Source of the DNA: Candidatus Palauibacter australiensis
GTDB taxonomy: Bacteria > Gemmatimonadota > Gemmatimonadetes > Palauibacterales > Palauibacteraceae
Direction of reading: 5' to 3'
DNA: 64,000 bases
Assembly: GCA_026705295.1 (NCBI GenBank)
Contig: JAPPBA010000146.1
Span: 10,776 to 74,775 of the forward strand
Shown one piece after another: positions 27,925 through 38,128 of this stretch. Position numbers and translations under genes: made by a program. Below the pieces are notes generated by a model that was not told the origin of the DNA, did not search any database, and saw only the letters and a list, made by a program, of their open reading frames with translations. Numbering within the stretch: the first letter of the stretch is position 1; the number at the start of each line of letters is the position of its first letter.

Positions 27925-29841
27925 ATGGCTCGCGACCCGCATATGACGCCGATTCCCGGCATCCTCCTCGCTCTGAGCGCCGCGGTCGGCGGCGGGGGCG
28001 AGCTTCAGGCGCAGCATGGTGGCGACGGCGGCGCGCTCTCGATCGACCAGCTCCTGTCCATCGAGTCCGTCGTCGGGGGCGCGCCCGCCTGGTCGCCGGA
28101 CGGCTCGGCGATCCTGTTCGAGTCGGGGCTGACCGGCGGGCTCATGACCCTGTCGCCCGAAGGCGGCTTCCCCACCCGGGTGCCGGTGGACATGGGCGGC
28201 TCCGGCCACTTCCTCAGCTCGCAGATGCCGGCCTGGTCGCCAGCCGGAACGTGGATCTCCTATGTGTCGGACAAGAGCGGTGCGCCGGAGATATGGCTCT
28301 GGTCGGCGCGCGACGGTGCGGACGTCCAACTCACCGATCTCGGGGCGCGGATCAACTCGATGAGCTGGTCCCCCGACGAGCGCTCGATCGTCTTCGCCGG
28401 CGACCGCTTCGGCAACTACGACATCTGGAAGGTGGACGTCGCGACCCGGCGCGTGGACCGCATCACCGAGGACAAGCGCTACGAGGTCTTCCCCACCTGG
28501 ACGCCGGATTCACGCCACATCCTCTACGTCCGCCTCGATGACGCGTGGGAGGACCACGACGTGATCGAGGTCGACGCCATGGGCGGCGACCCGCGCACGG
28601 TGATCGAGGATCGCGATTTCTTCGACTACGGCGCCGGAGCGACCTTCGGCTACCCGAGCGTCTCCCCGGACGGAGGCTCGATCCTCTTTCGCTCTCACCG
28701 GAGCGGCTGGATCAACTACTGGCTCGCGCCGCGGGATGGGGGAGACCCGCGCCCGGTCGCGCCGGCCGAGGCCGACCAGAGCGCGGCCGCGTGGTCCCCC
28801 GACGGGCGCTGGATCGCCTACACGGAGAACCACAACGGACACCACGACCTGCGCGTGGTGTCGGCGGACGGGGGCGAGCCGCGGGTGCTCGTGTCGCCGA
28901 AGGCCGGCGTCGCGTCGAGCCCCTCGTGGTCTCCCGATGGCCAGGCGATCGCGTACCTCCAGGAGGACCTGCTGAGCCCGCGCGACCTGTACGTCGTGTC
29001 GCTCGAGGACGGGAGCAGCCGGCAACTCACCTCGTCCATGCCCGCCGGCAACTACGGCGCCCGGCTCGTCGCGCCGGAGAAGATCCGCTACGAGAGCACG
29101 GACGGATACTCGATCCCGGCCTATCTCTACCGGCCGCCGGGCGCCGCGGCCGGGGACGGCCTTCCCGGCGTGATGTGGATCCACGGGGGACCCACGTCGC
29201 AGTTCCACGACACCTTCCAGCAGCATGTGCAGTTCTTCGTCCAGCGCGGGTACGTCGTGCTCCTGCCCAACATCCGCGGGAGCTCCGGTTACGGGAAGGC
29301 GTTCGCCGATGCGAACAACGGCTGCTGGGGGCACTGCGACCTGGAGGACGTCGTCGCGGGCGCCGACCACCTGCGGGCGCTCCCGGAGGTCGACCCGGAG
29401 CGGATCGGGATCACGGGGACGAGCTACGGCGGGGTGATGAGCATGTACGCCGTGGCCTTCGCGCCGGACGCCTTCCGCGCCGCGATCCCGGGCTCCGGCT
29501 ACACGGATTGGGTCCACTTCTACCACGGGGAGAACGAGCTCCGGCACATCAAGCTGCTGGACCACGAACTGGGGCCCTTCGAGACGAGCGAGGAGGTGTG
29601 GAGCCACAGTTCGTCGATCTCGAACGTGGCTGACGTCTCCACGCCCATCCTCCTCATCCACGGGGTGGGCCGCTATCCCGGTTCCGACCAGTCCGAGATC
29701 TTCGCGCGGGCGCTGGAGAACTACTACAAGCCGTTCCAGTACAAGACGTATCCCAACGAGAACTACTACGTGTACGGGAAGGCGAACCGCCGCCAGATGC
29801 TCCTCGACATGCGCGACTTCTTCGAGCAGTTCCTGAGGTGA
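27925..29841 (+). CDS. S9 family serine peptidase with N-terminal PD40/TolB-like beta-propeller
   Basis: Repeated WSPDG propeller motifs. Nucleophile elbow GITGTSYGGVMS. C-terminal alpha/beta-hydrolase region (LLIHG). Confidence 0.85.
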   Translation: MARDPHMTPIPGILLALSAAVGGGGELQAQHGGDGGALSIDQLLSIESVVGGAPAWSPDGSAILFESGLTGGLMTLSPEGGFPTRVPVDMGGSGHFLSSQMPAWSPAGTWISYVSDKSGAPEIWLWSARDGADVQLTDLGARINSMSWSPDERSIVFAGDRFGNYDIWKVDVATRRVDRITEDKRYEVFPTWTPDSRHILYVRLDDAWEDHDVIEVDAMGGDPRTVIEDRDFFDYGAGATFGYPSVSPDGGSILFRSHRSGWINYWLAPRDGGDPRPVAPAEADQSAAAWSPDGRWIAYTENHNGHHDLRVVSADGGEPRVLVSPKAGVASSPSWSPDGQAIAYLQEDLLSPRDLYVVSLEDGSSRQLTSSMPAGNYGARLVAPEKIRYESTDGYSIPAYLYRPPGAAAGDGLPGVMWIHGGPTSQFHDTFQQHVQFFVQRGYVVLLPNIRGSSGYGKAFADANNGCWGHCDLEDVVAGADHLRALPEVDPERIGITGTSYGGVMSMYAVAFAPDAFRAAIPGSGYTDWVHFYHGENELRHIKLLDHELGPFETSEEVWSHSSSISNVADVSTPILLIHGVGRYPGSDQSEIFARALENYYKPFQYKTYPNENYYVYGKANRRQMLLDMRDFFEQFLR

Positions 29842-29882
29842 CGAATGACGACGCCCCCTGTCGGAGCGGACGGTAGCCGGGC

Positions 29883-30542
29883 GTGAGGCCCCGCGCCCGC
29901 GCCACGCAGCTCCTTGCCTCGACGATCCTCGTGTCGGGCTGCGAGCGCGTCGAGCCCGTCCCGTCCACCGACGTCGGGGCCGATGCCATCGCTGCCCGAG
30001 CCGCGACCGAGGCCGGCCCGCTCGAAGTGGTTGTCGAGACGAGCCAGGGCGAGTTCGTCATCGCCGTGCACCGCGAGTGGGCGCCGCTGGGAGCCGAGCG
30101 GTTCCTCACCCTCGTCGAATCCGGCTACTACGACGACGCCCGCTTCCACCGAGTCGTCCCCGACTTCATCGTCCAGTGGGGGCTGGCCGGCGACCCCGCC
30201 ATCACCGCCCAGTGGATGAACGCCTACATTCCCGACGACCCCGTCGTCGCCTCCAACACCCGCGGCCGCATCGCCTTCGCCTTCACCGACCCCGGAACTC
30301 GCGCCACCCAGGTGTATATCAACCTTGTGGACAACGTGCGCCTCGACTCGACGGGCTTCGCGCCCTTTGGCGAGGTCATCAGCGGGATGGAGGTCGTGGA
30401 TGCGCTCTACTCCGGCTACGGAGAGAACTCCGGCGGCGGCCTGCGCCGAGGCGACCAGAGCCGCATCGTCGCCGAAGGCAACACCTACCTCGACCGCGAA
30501 TACCCCCTCCTCGACCGGCTGCTCCGAGCTCTTCGGCGTTAG
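29883..30542 (+). CDS. cyclophilin-type peptidyl-prolyl cis-trans isomerase, lipoprotein
   Basis: GTG start. Lipobox TILVSGC. FHRVVPDFIVQWG and the ..GFAPFGEVISGMEVVD cyclophilin core. Confidence 0.85.
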   Translation: MRPRARATQLLASTILVSGCERVEPVPSTDVGADAIAARAATEAGPLEVVVETSQGEFVIAVHREWAPLGAERFLTLVESGYYDDARFHRVVPDFIVQWGLAGDPAITAQWMNAYIPDDPVVASNTRGRIAFAFTDPGTRATQVYINLVDNVRLDSTGFAPFGEVISGMEVVDALYSGYGENSGGGLRRGDQSRIVAEGNTYLDREYPLLDRLLRALRR

Positions 30543-30558
30543 GCGAGTCGTTCGGAGG

Positions 30559-31314
30559 GTGCCCGGCTCCTTGCGATTCCGAGCCGTGGCCGCGGCGATC
30601 ATCGCCGCTTGTACGTCTCTTGCGGGGTGTGAACTGGTGGACACGGTGGCCCCTTTCCTGGTCCCCAACCGAGCCCCGGTCGCACTGGGTAAAATTCCCC
30701 CAGCATACAGAAACTGGCGCTATGCACCGTCACCGGACGTAGCTGTCTGGCCGTATTTCGACGATCCCGATGGGGATTCTCTTACGTTCACTGCCACACC
30801 GGGCGATCCCGAAATACTGCGCGTGAGGGTTGTCGATGGTTTTGTGGAAGTGCGGGCACTGAGATGGCGTACCGCAGCTGTGACCGTCACGGCCACCGAC
30901 CCGAGCGGCTTGACGGCGCAGCACACGTTCGACTCCGGAGAAACGGGGAGTCTCCCGGGACTAGTCCCGCCAGGCTACCCTGTGCCGCCGCGATCGACCG
31001 CTGCGATCCCTTCTTTACAGGTTCTGCGTGGCCAGAGTGCGGCGGTGCATTTGGGCGCCCACTTTGAGGCGTATCCGTTCCAGGCAAGGTTCGTGGCCAC
31101 TTCGTCCTCGCCCGGTAGCGTGGAGGTTTCGGTCTCGGGGGATACGCTTGCCATTGACGGCGTAGATCTGGGCTCGGCGCTCGTCAACGTGAGCGCGATC
31201 ACCGAGGCCGGCTTGGCAACGCAGGAGTTCACGGTCGTGGTGGATCCACCCGCCGCTCGTCTCAATTCGGCTCCTGCGTTTCAAGGGTTGTCGTCTCGGA
31301 AAGTCATCCCCTAG
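30559..31314 (+). CDS. lipoprotein with tandem cadherin-like/He_PIG-type Ig domains, terminated by an in-frame TAG inside its third repeat
   Basis: Lipobox SLAGC. About 90-aa repeats starting N(R/S)AP.. with PYFDDPDGDSLTFTA and TVTATDPSGL. Visibly lower GC than its neighbours. Start is GTG 30559 (alternative TTG 30571). Confidence 0.6.
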   Translation: MPGSLRFRAVAAAIIAACTSLAGCELVDTVAPFLVPNRAPVALGKIPPAYRNWRYAPSPDVAVWPYFDDPDGDSLTFTATPGDPEILRVRVVDGFVEVRALRWRTAAVTVTATDPSGLTAQHTFDSGETGSLPGLVPPGYPVPPRSTAAIPSLQVLRGQSAAVHLGAHFEAYPFQARFVATSSSPGSVEVSVSGDTLAIDGVDLGSALVNVSAITEAGLATQEFTVVVDPPAARLNSAPAFQGLSSRKVIP

Positions 31315-31599
31315 GGCATTGGGTTTGCCCTCGATGTTTCGCCGTATTTCCTGGATCCAGAGGGAGATGCGCTGGCGTACGCCGCCAGGCGGGGCGGTCC
31401 CGTCCTGATCGCAAGTTTCAGAGGGGGTACACCCGCGCCAATCGGTGAAGTCGCTGTCTCCGTCGCCTCCGCGAGCAGGATCGACGTACGGGGTACCCGA
31501 ACCGGCTTCGCACGGATCACGATCACCGCGACAGATCCGGGCGGATTGCCGGTGCATGGTGATCTGATCGTAGAGGTAACGCCGCCTGTGCGCCGCTGA
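31315..31599 (+). pseudogene. in-frame continuation of the preceding lipoprotein gene (rest of Ig-like repeat 3) downstream of TAG 31312-31314
   Basis: Hand translation in the same frame gives GIGFALDVSPYFLDPEGDALAYAA..RITITATDPGGLPVHGDLIVEVTPPVRR*. It mirrors repeat 1 (VWPYFDDPDGDSLTFTA..VTVTATDPSGL). No start codon of its own. Confidence 0.6.
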
Positions 31600-31650
31600 C
31601 GGAGAGAACGGCGTCGCACCCCGGCGTGCGGGCCGCAAGGAAACGCACGG

Positions 31651-32529
31651 CTACTCCGCCTCGTGCGACGTATCGCGCCGACGTCCCTTTTCGGCTTCCG
31701 TCCTCGATCCGTCACGGTCGTACAGCTCCTCGCGAGTCAGGTTTTCCGACATTCGCAGATCCACGCCGCGGGCATCGAAGTCCTCGAATACCTCGTTCAG
31801 GTGCCGGCGCCGGCCGAACTGAACAGCGGCTTTCTGTTGCATCCGAAGCAACGCCGCGGCTCCCGCGGCGCCCAGGCGGAGGAGGTCGTCGAGTTCGGCG
31901 CGGGTGAAGGGGGCTCCTTCCGCCGTTCCCTGCACCTCGACGAGGCGGCCGTCCTCGAGGTGGACGAAGTTGAAGTCGACGTCGGCGGCCGCGTCCTCCA
32001 CGTATTCCAGGTCGAGCCTCGCCTCGCCGTCCACCATGCCGGCGCTGATCGCGGCGACCCACTGGCGGAGCGGGCTGGCTTCGATCGCGCCTTCGGCGAC
32101 CAGGTGCTGGAAGGCCATCTCGAGCGCCACGCACGCTCCCGTGATCGAGGCGGTGCGGGTGCCGCCGTCGGCGACGAGGACGTCGCAGTCCACGGTCACG
32201 GTCCGCTCGCCGAGCGCCGCGAGATCGACGGCCGCCCGCAGCGAACGTCCGATGAGGCGCTGGATCTCCTGCGTGCGACCCCGGGCTCCCCGGCGCTCGC
32301 GGCGGGTTCGTTCGGTCGTGGCCCGGGGCAGCATGGCGTACTCGCCGGTGACCCAGCCGCCCCGGCCCTCACGCCACGGCGGGACGCTCTCCTCGACCGA
32401 GGCCGTGCAAAGCACGCGCGTCATCCCCATCGTGATCGTGCACGATCCCTCGGCGAAGGGGGCGGTTCCCGTCTCCAGGGTCGTGGGTCGCAGGGCGTCC
32501 AGCGCCCGCCCGTGTGGACGTGCCGGCAT
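31651..32529 (-). CDS. rph: ribonuclease PH with about 50-aa charged C-terminal extension
   Basis: RPDGR-like N-terminus ([12 protein letters not shown]). [61 protein letters not shown]. Only the last 292 codons of track ORF 31651..34179 are real. Confidence 0.9.
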   Translation of the reverse strand: MPARPHGRALDALRPTTLETGTAPFAEGSCTITMGMTRVLCTASVEESVPPWREGRGGWVTGEYAMLPRATTERTRRERRGARGRTQEIQRLIGRSLRAAVDLAALGERTVTVDCDVLVADGGTRTASITGACVALEMAFQHLVAEGAIEASPLRQWVAAISAGMVDGEARLDLEYVEDAAADVDFNFVHLEDGRLVEVQGTAEGAPFTRAELDDLLRLGAAGAAALLRMQQKAAVQFGRRRHLNEVFEDFDARGVDLRMSENLTREELYDRDGSRTEAEKGRRRDTSHEAE

Positions 32530-32568
32530 GGGGCAGCCTCGGTCGAAGGGTCGAAAAGGGGAGAACCG

Positions 32569-34284
32569 ATGAACGGCGAACGCGTTGAGAGTATGCCGGC
32601 CGCGACCCCGCTGCGATGGCGGATCCCCGCGCTGCGCTCGGTGGCGCGTCGCCGAGTGCCGACCCGCCCCGCGATCACGTGTCTCGCACTCGCGGGTGCC
32701 ATCCTCGCCTGCGCGCCCGACGATGCGCCGGAAGCGGAGGTGGAGATCGTCCTGACGAGCGTGCTGTTCACCGGGGCGACCGTCATCGACGGATCCGGCG
32801 AGCCATCGTTCGTGGCCGACGTGGCGGTGGAGGGCGACCGGATCACCTTCGTCGGCGATGCCTCGGCGGCGGGTCTCGCTGTGCGCGACACGATCGCGCT
32901 GGACGGCCTGCTGCTCACGCCCGGCTTCATCGACATGCACAGCCATATCACGATCATCACCGTCGGAGAACCGTACGGGCTCGCCGCTACCGAGTTCCTC
33001 ACGCAGGGGATCACGACCGGCATCATCGGCGTCGACGGCGCGAGCAGCACCGACCTCGCCGCGCTCTACGGCGACCTCGAAGCATCCGGCGTCGGGAAGA
33101 ACATCATCTCCTACATCGGGCACGGTTCCGTTCGGGAGGCGGTGATGGGGATGGACGACCGCGCCCCCAGCGCGGGGGAACTCGAAGAGATGAAGGTCCT
33201 CGTCCGACAGGGAATGGAGGACGGCGCCTTCGGGCTCTCCAGCGGTCTCTTCTATACGCCCGGCTACTACGCGGAGGCCGACGAGGTCATCGAACTCGGC
33301 CGCGTCGCGGCGGAATACCCGATCGGCGGGGAGCACGCCCCGGTCTACGACACGCACGACCGGGATCTCGGCGCGGCGTACCAGGGCATCGGCTACCACG
33401 ATTCGATTCGCGAGGCGATCCACATCGGGGCGGAGTCCGGCCTCCGCACCATCTTCAGCCACTTCAACGCGCAGGGAGCGGCGTTGTACGGACGGGCCTC
33501 GGAAGGCGCCGCGATCATCGATTCGGCGCGCGCGGAGGGCCTCGAAGTGGCGGGCGCGCAGCACGTATACACGTCCACGATGTCGAGCCTGCGCGCCTAC
33601 ACGATCCCGCGCTGGGCGCAGGCCGGCGGTCCGGAGCAGATGGTGCGCCGCTTCCAGCATCCCGACACGGCACGGGTCCTCGACGTGCAGACGATGGAGA
33701 TGCTCGAGATCCGCGGCGGCCCGGAGCAGATCGTGTTCGCCGACGCGAGGCCCGAGTTCAACGGCAAGACGCTGGCCGACGTGGCGGCCGAACGAGGGCT
33801 GCCCGTCCCCGAGGCGGTGCGCGAGATCATGTCCGGGTCGAACCCGTGGGTGATGAACCGCGACCTCTACGACGTCGAGAACACGCGCTATCTCGCGACG
33901 ATGCCGTGGATGATGACGTGCACGGACGGCGCCACGCCCGCACCGGGCGCGGAGATCGTGCATCCTCGCGTGTACGGGGGTTTCCCGAAGAAGATCAAGG
34001 ACTTCGTGGACCGGGACGGTGCGATCGGACTCCCGTTCGCGATCCGGAGCATGTCGGGCCTCGCCGCGGACTTCCTGAGGCTGGACGATCGCGGCTACAT
34101 CCGCGAAGGTCTGGTCGCGGACATCGCCGTCATCGACCTCGACCGGTTCACGGACCGGGCGACGTATGACGACCCGCACCAGCTATCGGAGGGCGTCGTG
34201 CACCTGCTCGTGAACGGCCGCTTCGCGATCCGCGACGATGAGGTGACCGGCGAACTCGCCGGCCGCCCCCTGCGCCGCCCCTGA
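32569..34284 (+). CDS. N-acyl-D-amino-acid deacylase (D-aminoacylase) family amidohydrolase, lipoprotein
   Basis: Lipobox [18 protein letters not shown]-terminal [31 protein letters not shown] is typical of the D-aminoacylase family. RBS-like AAAGGGGAGA sits before ATG 32569. Confidence 0.8.
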   Translation: MNGERVESMPAATPLRWRIPALRSVARRRVPTRPAITCLALAGAILACAPDDAPEAEVEIVLTSVLFTGATVIDGSGEPSFVADVAVEGDRITFVGDASAAGLAVRDTIALDGLLLTPGFIDMHSHITIITVGEPYGLAATEFLTQGITTGIIGVDGASSTDLAALYGDLEASGVGKNIISYIGHGSVREAVMGMDDRAPSAGELEEMKVLVRQGMEDGAFGLSSGLFYTPGYYAEADEVIELGRVAAEYPIGGEHAPVYDTHDRDLGAAYQGIGYHDSIREAIHIGAESGLRTIFSHFNAQGAALYGRASEGAAIIDSARAEGLEVAGAQHVYTSTMSSLRAYTIPRWAQAGGPEQMVRRFQHPDTARVLDVQTMEMLEIRGGPEQIVFADARPEFNGKTLADVAAERGLPVPEAVREIMSGSNPWVMNRDLYDVENTRYLATMPWMMTCTDGATPAPGAEIVHPRVYGGFPKKIKDFVDRDGAIGLPFAIRSMSGLAADFLRLDDRGYIREGLVADIAVIDLDRFTDRATYDDPHQLSEGVVHLLVNGRFAIRDDEVTGELAGRPLRRP

Positions 34285-34310
34285 CGCGGCTGGACGTTCG
34301 GCGCCGGCAA

Positions 34311-34333
34311 GCCTTTACGGAATACGTAAAGGC
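34311..34333. promoter_or_regulatory. 9-bp perfect inverted repeat (gcctttacg-gaata-cgtaaaggc) upstream of higB; candidate HigA operator
   Basis: Read directly. Centred about 30 bp upstream of the higB ATG (34352), in a locally AT-richer stretch. Confidence 0.5.
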
Positions 34334-34351
34334 GCTTACGATTCCGCGCAC

Positions 34352-34630
34352 ATGATACGAAGCTTCAGGGATCGGAGAACGCGACGTTTCTTCGAAGGGC
34401 AGCGCGTTGCGGCGTTTCAAGGTTTTTTGGATCAGGCCGTGCGCCGACTCATCATGCTGGACAGCGCGGAAACGCTCGGCGACCTGGCCGCACTGCCCAG
34501 CAACCGGCTGGAAGCGCTGCGAGGCGACCGCGCCGGTCAACACAGCATCCGGATCAACGCGCAGTGGCGGATTTGCTTCCGCTGGGCCGACGACGGGCCG
34601 TACGAGGTGGAGATTGTCGATTATCACTGA
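34352..34630 (+). CDS. higB: HigB-family (RelE-fold, plasmid-maintenance killer) toxin
   Basis: MIRSF.DRRTRRFFEG..L..L..A..L.DL..PSNRLEALRGDRAGQHSIRINAQWRICFRW..GP.EVEIVDYH is the canonical HigB pattern. Confidence 0.9.
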   Translation: MIRSFRDRRTRRFFEGQRVAAFQGFLDQAVRRLIMLDSAETLGDLAALPSNRLEALRGDRAGQHSIRINAQWRICFRWADDGPYEVEIVDYH

Positions 34631-34641
34631 GGGCGTATGAC

Positions 34642-34947
34642 ATGAGTGCGAAGAACCGCATGAGGCCAGTGCATCCCGGCGAAATCCTGCGCCAGGAGCT
34701 CGACGAGCTGGGGCTATCGGCAAACGCTCTGTCGAAAGCGCTCGGCGTGCCCGTAAATCGGGTGACAATGATCCTTAACGGCCAGCGGGGTGTGAGCGCG
34801 GACACGGCACTCCGGCTGGCGCGGTACTTCGGGACGACGGCGCAGTTCTGGCTGAACCTGCAGAAGACCTGGGAGCTTCGGCGGGCGGAGATCGAGGCTG
34901 GCCGTGAGATCGCCAAGCAAGTGACGCCCCGGCATGCGGTTGTTTAG
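34642..34947 (+). CDS. higA: HigA-family HTH antitoxin
   Basis: PVHPGEILRQELDELGLSANALSKALGVPVNRVTMILNGQRGVSADTALRLARYFGTTAQFWLNLQ is the canonical HigA/VapI HTH. Start ATG 34642 lies within track ORF 34564..34947. Confidence 0.9.
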   Translation: MSAKNRMRPVHPGEILRQELDELGLSANALSKALGVPVNRVTMILNGQRGVSADTALRLARYFGTTAQFWLNLQKTWELRRAEIEAGREIAKQVTPRHAVV

Positions 34948-36805
34948 AGGAGGCGTGGCCCGCCCCGAAGCCTCCGCGGCGGCTGTTTTCGCACTCGCCC
35001 TGTTTCCGGCGGCGGTCGCCGCGCAGGCCGGGCTCGTCATCGAGGACGGCCAGGCGCAGATCGTCCCCGCCTTCGCGGATTCATCCGCCTGGATCCGGCA
35101 TGAGCTGTGGGTCGAGACCGAGTTCGACTCCGACGGCGACGGCCGGCCGGACCGGGTGCACCTGGATGTGACGCGTCCGGCGCAGACCGACGGCCAGGGC
35201 CTGAGGGTGCCGGTCATCTACGAGACGAGCCCCTACTACTCGGGCGTCGCCGGTATCGACTTCGCGCACTTCTGGGACCTCCGCCAGGAGGTGGGCGGCG
35301 ACGCCCCGCCGCGCGACCCGTTCCCGGCCACGATCCAGCACATCCCGAACCAGCCCCGGATCTCGAACTCGCACGTCGCGACCTGGGTGCCGCGAGGGTT
35401 CGCGGTGGTCCACTCGCAGTCGCCCGGGACGGGCCAGTCGCAAGGCTGCCCGACCGTCGGCGGCGCCAACGAATCGCTGGCGCCCAAGGCGGTCATCGAC
35501 TGGCTCAACGGCCGGGCGCCGGGCTTCACGAGCGTGGACGGGGACGAGGAAGTCGAGGCCTACTGGGCGACCGGAAGGGTCGGGATGACGGGCACCTCCT
35601 ACAACGGCACGCTCCCCCTGGCTGCCGCCACGACGGGCGTGGAGGGGCTGGAGGCGATCATCCCCATCGCGCCGAACACCTCCTACTACCACTACTACCG
35701 CTCCAACGGGCTGGTGCGGTCGCCGGGCGGCTATCCCGGGGAGGACGTCGACGTCCTGTTCGACTTCATCTTCAGCGGCTTCCCGGAGGTCCGCGACTAC
35801 TGCCTCGCGAACGTGCGCGACGAGATGACGGCGCGGCTGGACCGCGTCACGGGCGACTACAACGACTTCTGGGCGGGCCGCGACTACCTGAACCATGTGG
35901 ACGGCGTGCGGGCGGCCACCCTCATGAGCCACGCCTTCAACGACTGGAACGTCATGCCCGAGCACAGCCACCGCATCTCGATGGCGCTCGGGGAGCGGGG
36001 CGTGCCGCTGCAGATCTACTACCACCAGGGCGGGCACGGCGGGGCGCCCCCGCTCGAACTCATGAACCGGTGGTTCACCCGCTACGTGGTCGGCGTCGAG
36101 AACGGCGTGGAGGAAGACCCGGCGGCATGGATCGTGCGGGAGGGAGACGACCGCGCGGAGCCCACGCCCTACGCGAGCTATCCCCACCCCGAAGCCGACG
36201 CCGTGACTCTCCGCCCGGATGGCGACGGACACTGGACCGGCACGCTTTCCCTCGACGAGGCGAGCACCGGGACCGGTGCGATCGTCGACAACTTCGCCTT
36301 TACCGGCGACCAACTCGCCGCGACCGAGTGGTCGAGCCACCGTCTGTTGTACGCGACGCCGGAACTGCGCGAGGACGTCCACCTGTCGGGCGTGGCGACG
36401 GTCCGCGTGCGGATGTCGGCGGACGCGCCCGCGGCCAACCTGTCCGTGTGGCTGGTGTCGCTGCCGTGGACCGAGAGCGGGGAAATCAACGACAACATCA
36501 TCACGAAGGGTTGGGCCGACCCCGCCAACGCGGGCGCCGAGGACATCGCCTCCCCCCGCACCGGATCACCGCTCGCACCGGGGGAGTTCGTCGACCTGGA
36601 GTTCGCGCTCCAGCCCGACGACCAGGTGATCCCGGCCGGAGCCCGCATCGGCCTCATGATCTTCTCCAGCGACAAGTTCTTCACGCTGCACCCCGACCCC
36701 GGCACGACCCTGACCGTCGACCTGGGCGAGACCCGTCTCGCGTTACCCGTCGTCGGAGGGAGCGCGGCTCTGCGCCGCGCCCTGGGCGTCCCCGCCTCCG
36801 ATTAG
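34934..36805 (+). CDS. S15 family Xaa-Pro dipeptidyl-peptidase (PepX/CocE-NonD fold), secreted
   Basis: Signal ..ALALFPAAVAAQAG. DSDGDGRPDRVHLDVTRP. Nucleophile region GMTGTSYNGTLP. Its ATG lies 14 nt inside the higA 3' end. Confidence 0.85.
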   Translation: MRLFRGGVARPEASAAAVFALALFPAAVAAQAGLVIEDGQAQIVPAFADSSAWIRHELWVETEFDSDGDGRPDRVHLDVTRPAQTDGQGLRVPVIYETSPYYSGVAGIDFAHFWDLRQEVGGDAPPRDPFPATIQHIPNQPRISNSHVATWVPRGFAVVHSQSPGTGQSQGCPTVGGANESLAPKAVIDWLNGRAPGFTSVDGDEEVEAYWATGRVGMTGTSYNGTLPLAAATTGVEGLEAIIPIAPNTSYYHYYRSNGLVRSPGGYPGEDVDVLFDFIFSGFPEVRDYCLANVRDEMTARLDRVTGDYNDFWAGRDYLNHVDGVRAATLMSHAFNDWNVMPEHSHRISMALGERGVPLQIYYHQGGHGGAPPLELMNRWFTRYVVGVENGVEEDPAAWIVREGDDRAEPTPYASYPHPEADAVTLRPDGDGHWTGTLSLDEASTGTGAIVDNFAFTGDQLAATEWSSHRLLYATPELREDVHLSGVATVRVRMSADAPAANLSVWLVSLPWTESGEINDNIITKGWADPANAGAEDIASPRTGSPLAPGEFVDLEFALQPDDQVIPAGARIGLMIFSSDKFFTLHPDPGTTLTVDLGETRLALPVVGGSAALRRALGVPASD

Positions 36806-36912
36806 CGCCCGGCGGATACAACCCTCTGTAGAAACGGCGCCTCTTACAGAACGAGGCCGCCACGCCGCGGACAGCGGTCGACATCCACGATGTTTCAGCC
36901 GGGACCGGAACC

Positions 36913-38118
36913 ATGCGCGTTTGCGGGAGCTTCCTTGCCGCCGGAGTCCTCAGTTGCGCTGCCATCGCCTGCGGCGGCGCTCACCCCGAGCCGGAAGATC
37001 AACCCCCGAACGCGGTCCTGGTCTCCGATTCAGCGGGCGTCACGAACATCGCCCTGGGCCGGGTGGAGGAGCTGTCGGTACCCCTCCTGGAGGCGGACCT
37101 CCTTTTCTCCACCCGCGAACTCGGAGTCGAACTGTTCTGGGTCGGTGACGCGCTTCTGCTCGGGAACGGCGGCCTTGCGCTCGCCAACACCGGTTCGGGC
37201 GAGGTGCTGCTCTTCTCCGCCGACGGTTCGCTCACGGCCCGGATCGGGGGGCAGGGCGAGGGACCGGGCGAGTTCAGCGATGTCACGACGCTCCTCGGGA
37301 CGGACGGGGGGTTCCTGGCCTACGACGCCAGACTGGCCCGTCTCAACGAGTTCCTGGAGAGTGGGGAATTCCTTGCGTCGTCGCCTCTCTCCGCCCAGAG
37401 CGCCATCGTGAGCCTGAAGCCGCTGGCGAGAGACGCCGCAGGGAACATGCTCGCCGTCCTGGGAGAACAGCGGTACTTCCTGCCCGAGGGGATGAAGAGG
37501 GACACGACCCCCCTGCTGGCGTTCAAGGATCTTGAGACCGACCCGGACACGCTGGGCGTGTTGCCCGCCACGGAGTGGAGCTATGGCGGCATTCCCGGTG
37601 GCGGGTTCACCCGCACCGAACCCGCGTTCGGGCGGGACATCATCGCCCGCGGATTCAGGGACCGGGCCCTGATCGGCGACACCGACGTGCTGAGCCTCTC
37701 CGTGCACGCGGCGGACGGGAGTCTGACCCGTCGGATCCGTGGCTCGGCTGGCGGCCGGGCGGTCACGGCCGAAGAAATCGGGACGTGGAGAGCGGAGCGG
37801 CTCGCCCGCAGGGGTCCGGACGCCCCCGACTGGTTCATGGAGTTTGTCGAGAACGCCCCCTACCGGGAGACGCACCCCGCCTTCCACTCGGCCGTGCTGG
37901 GTCCCGATGAGATGGTCTGGATCGGGCTTGTGACCCGCCCCGGCGAGGAGACCCGCCGCTGGCTCATCCTCGGCCCCGACGGACAGCCGCGGGGATGGCT
38001 GGATCTTCCCGCGGAAGCGAGCGTGCTGGCCGTCGATGCCGACCGCTTCGTGCTCCTCCAGCGCAACGCGCTCGACGAAGAGGACGTGAGGCTCTACGAT
38101 CTGCGCCTCCTACCGTAA
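36913..38118 (+). CDS. hypothetical lipoprotein, 6-bladed beta-propeller/NHL-like
   Basis: Lipobox AAIACG. The GQGEGPGEF motif and repeated about 40-aa beta-strand-rich units. Confidence 0.55.
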   Translation: MRVCGSFLAAGVLSCAAIACGGAHPEPEDQPPNAVLVSDSAGVTNIALGRVEELSVPLLEADLLFSTRELGVELFWVGDALLLGNGGLALANTGSGEVLLFSADGSLTARIGGQGEGPGEFSDVTTLLGTDGGFLAYDARLARLNEFLESGEFLASSPLSAQSAIVSLKPLARDAAGNMLAVLGEQRYFLPEGMKRDTTPLLAFKDLETDPDTLGVLPATEWSYGGIPGGGFTRTEPAFGRDIIARGFRDRALIGDTDVLSLSVHAADGSLTRRIRGSAGGRAVTAEEIGTWRAERLARRGPDAPDWFMEFVENAPYRETHPAFHSAVLGPDEMVWIGLVTRPGEETRRWLILGPDGQPRGWLDLPAEASVLAVDADRFVLLQRNALDEEDVRLYDLRLLP

Positions 38119-38128
38119 GTCGCTCGCC

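Noticed and set aside
36806-36912. Imperfect inverted repeat (tctgtaga..cttacaga) upstream of the beta-propeller lipoprotein gene.
   Set aside because: There are mismatches in a short stem. It cannot be distinguished from chance.
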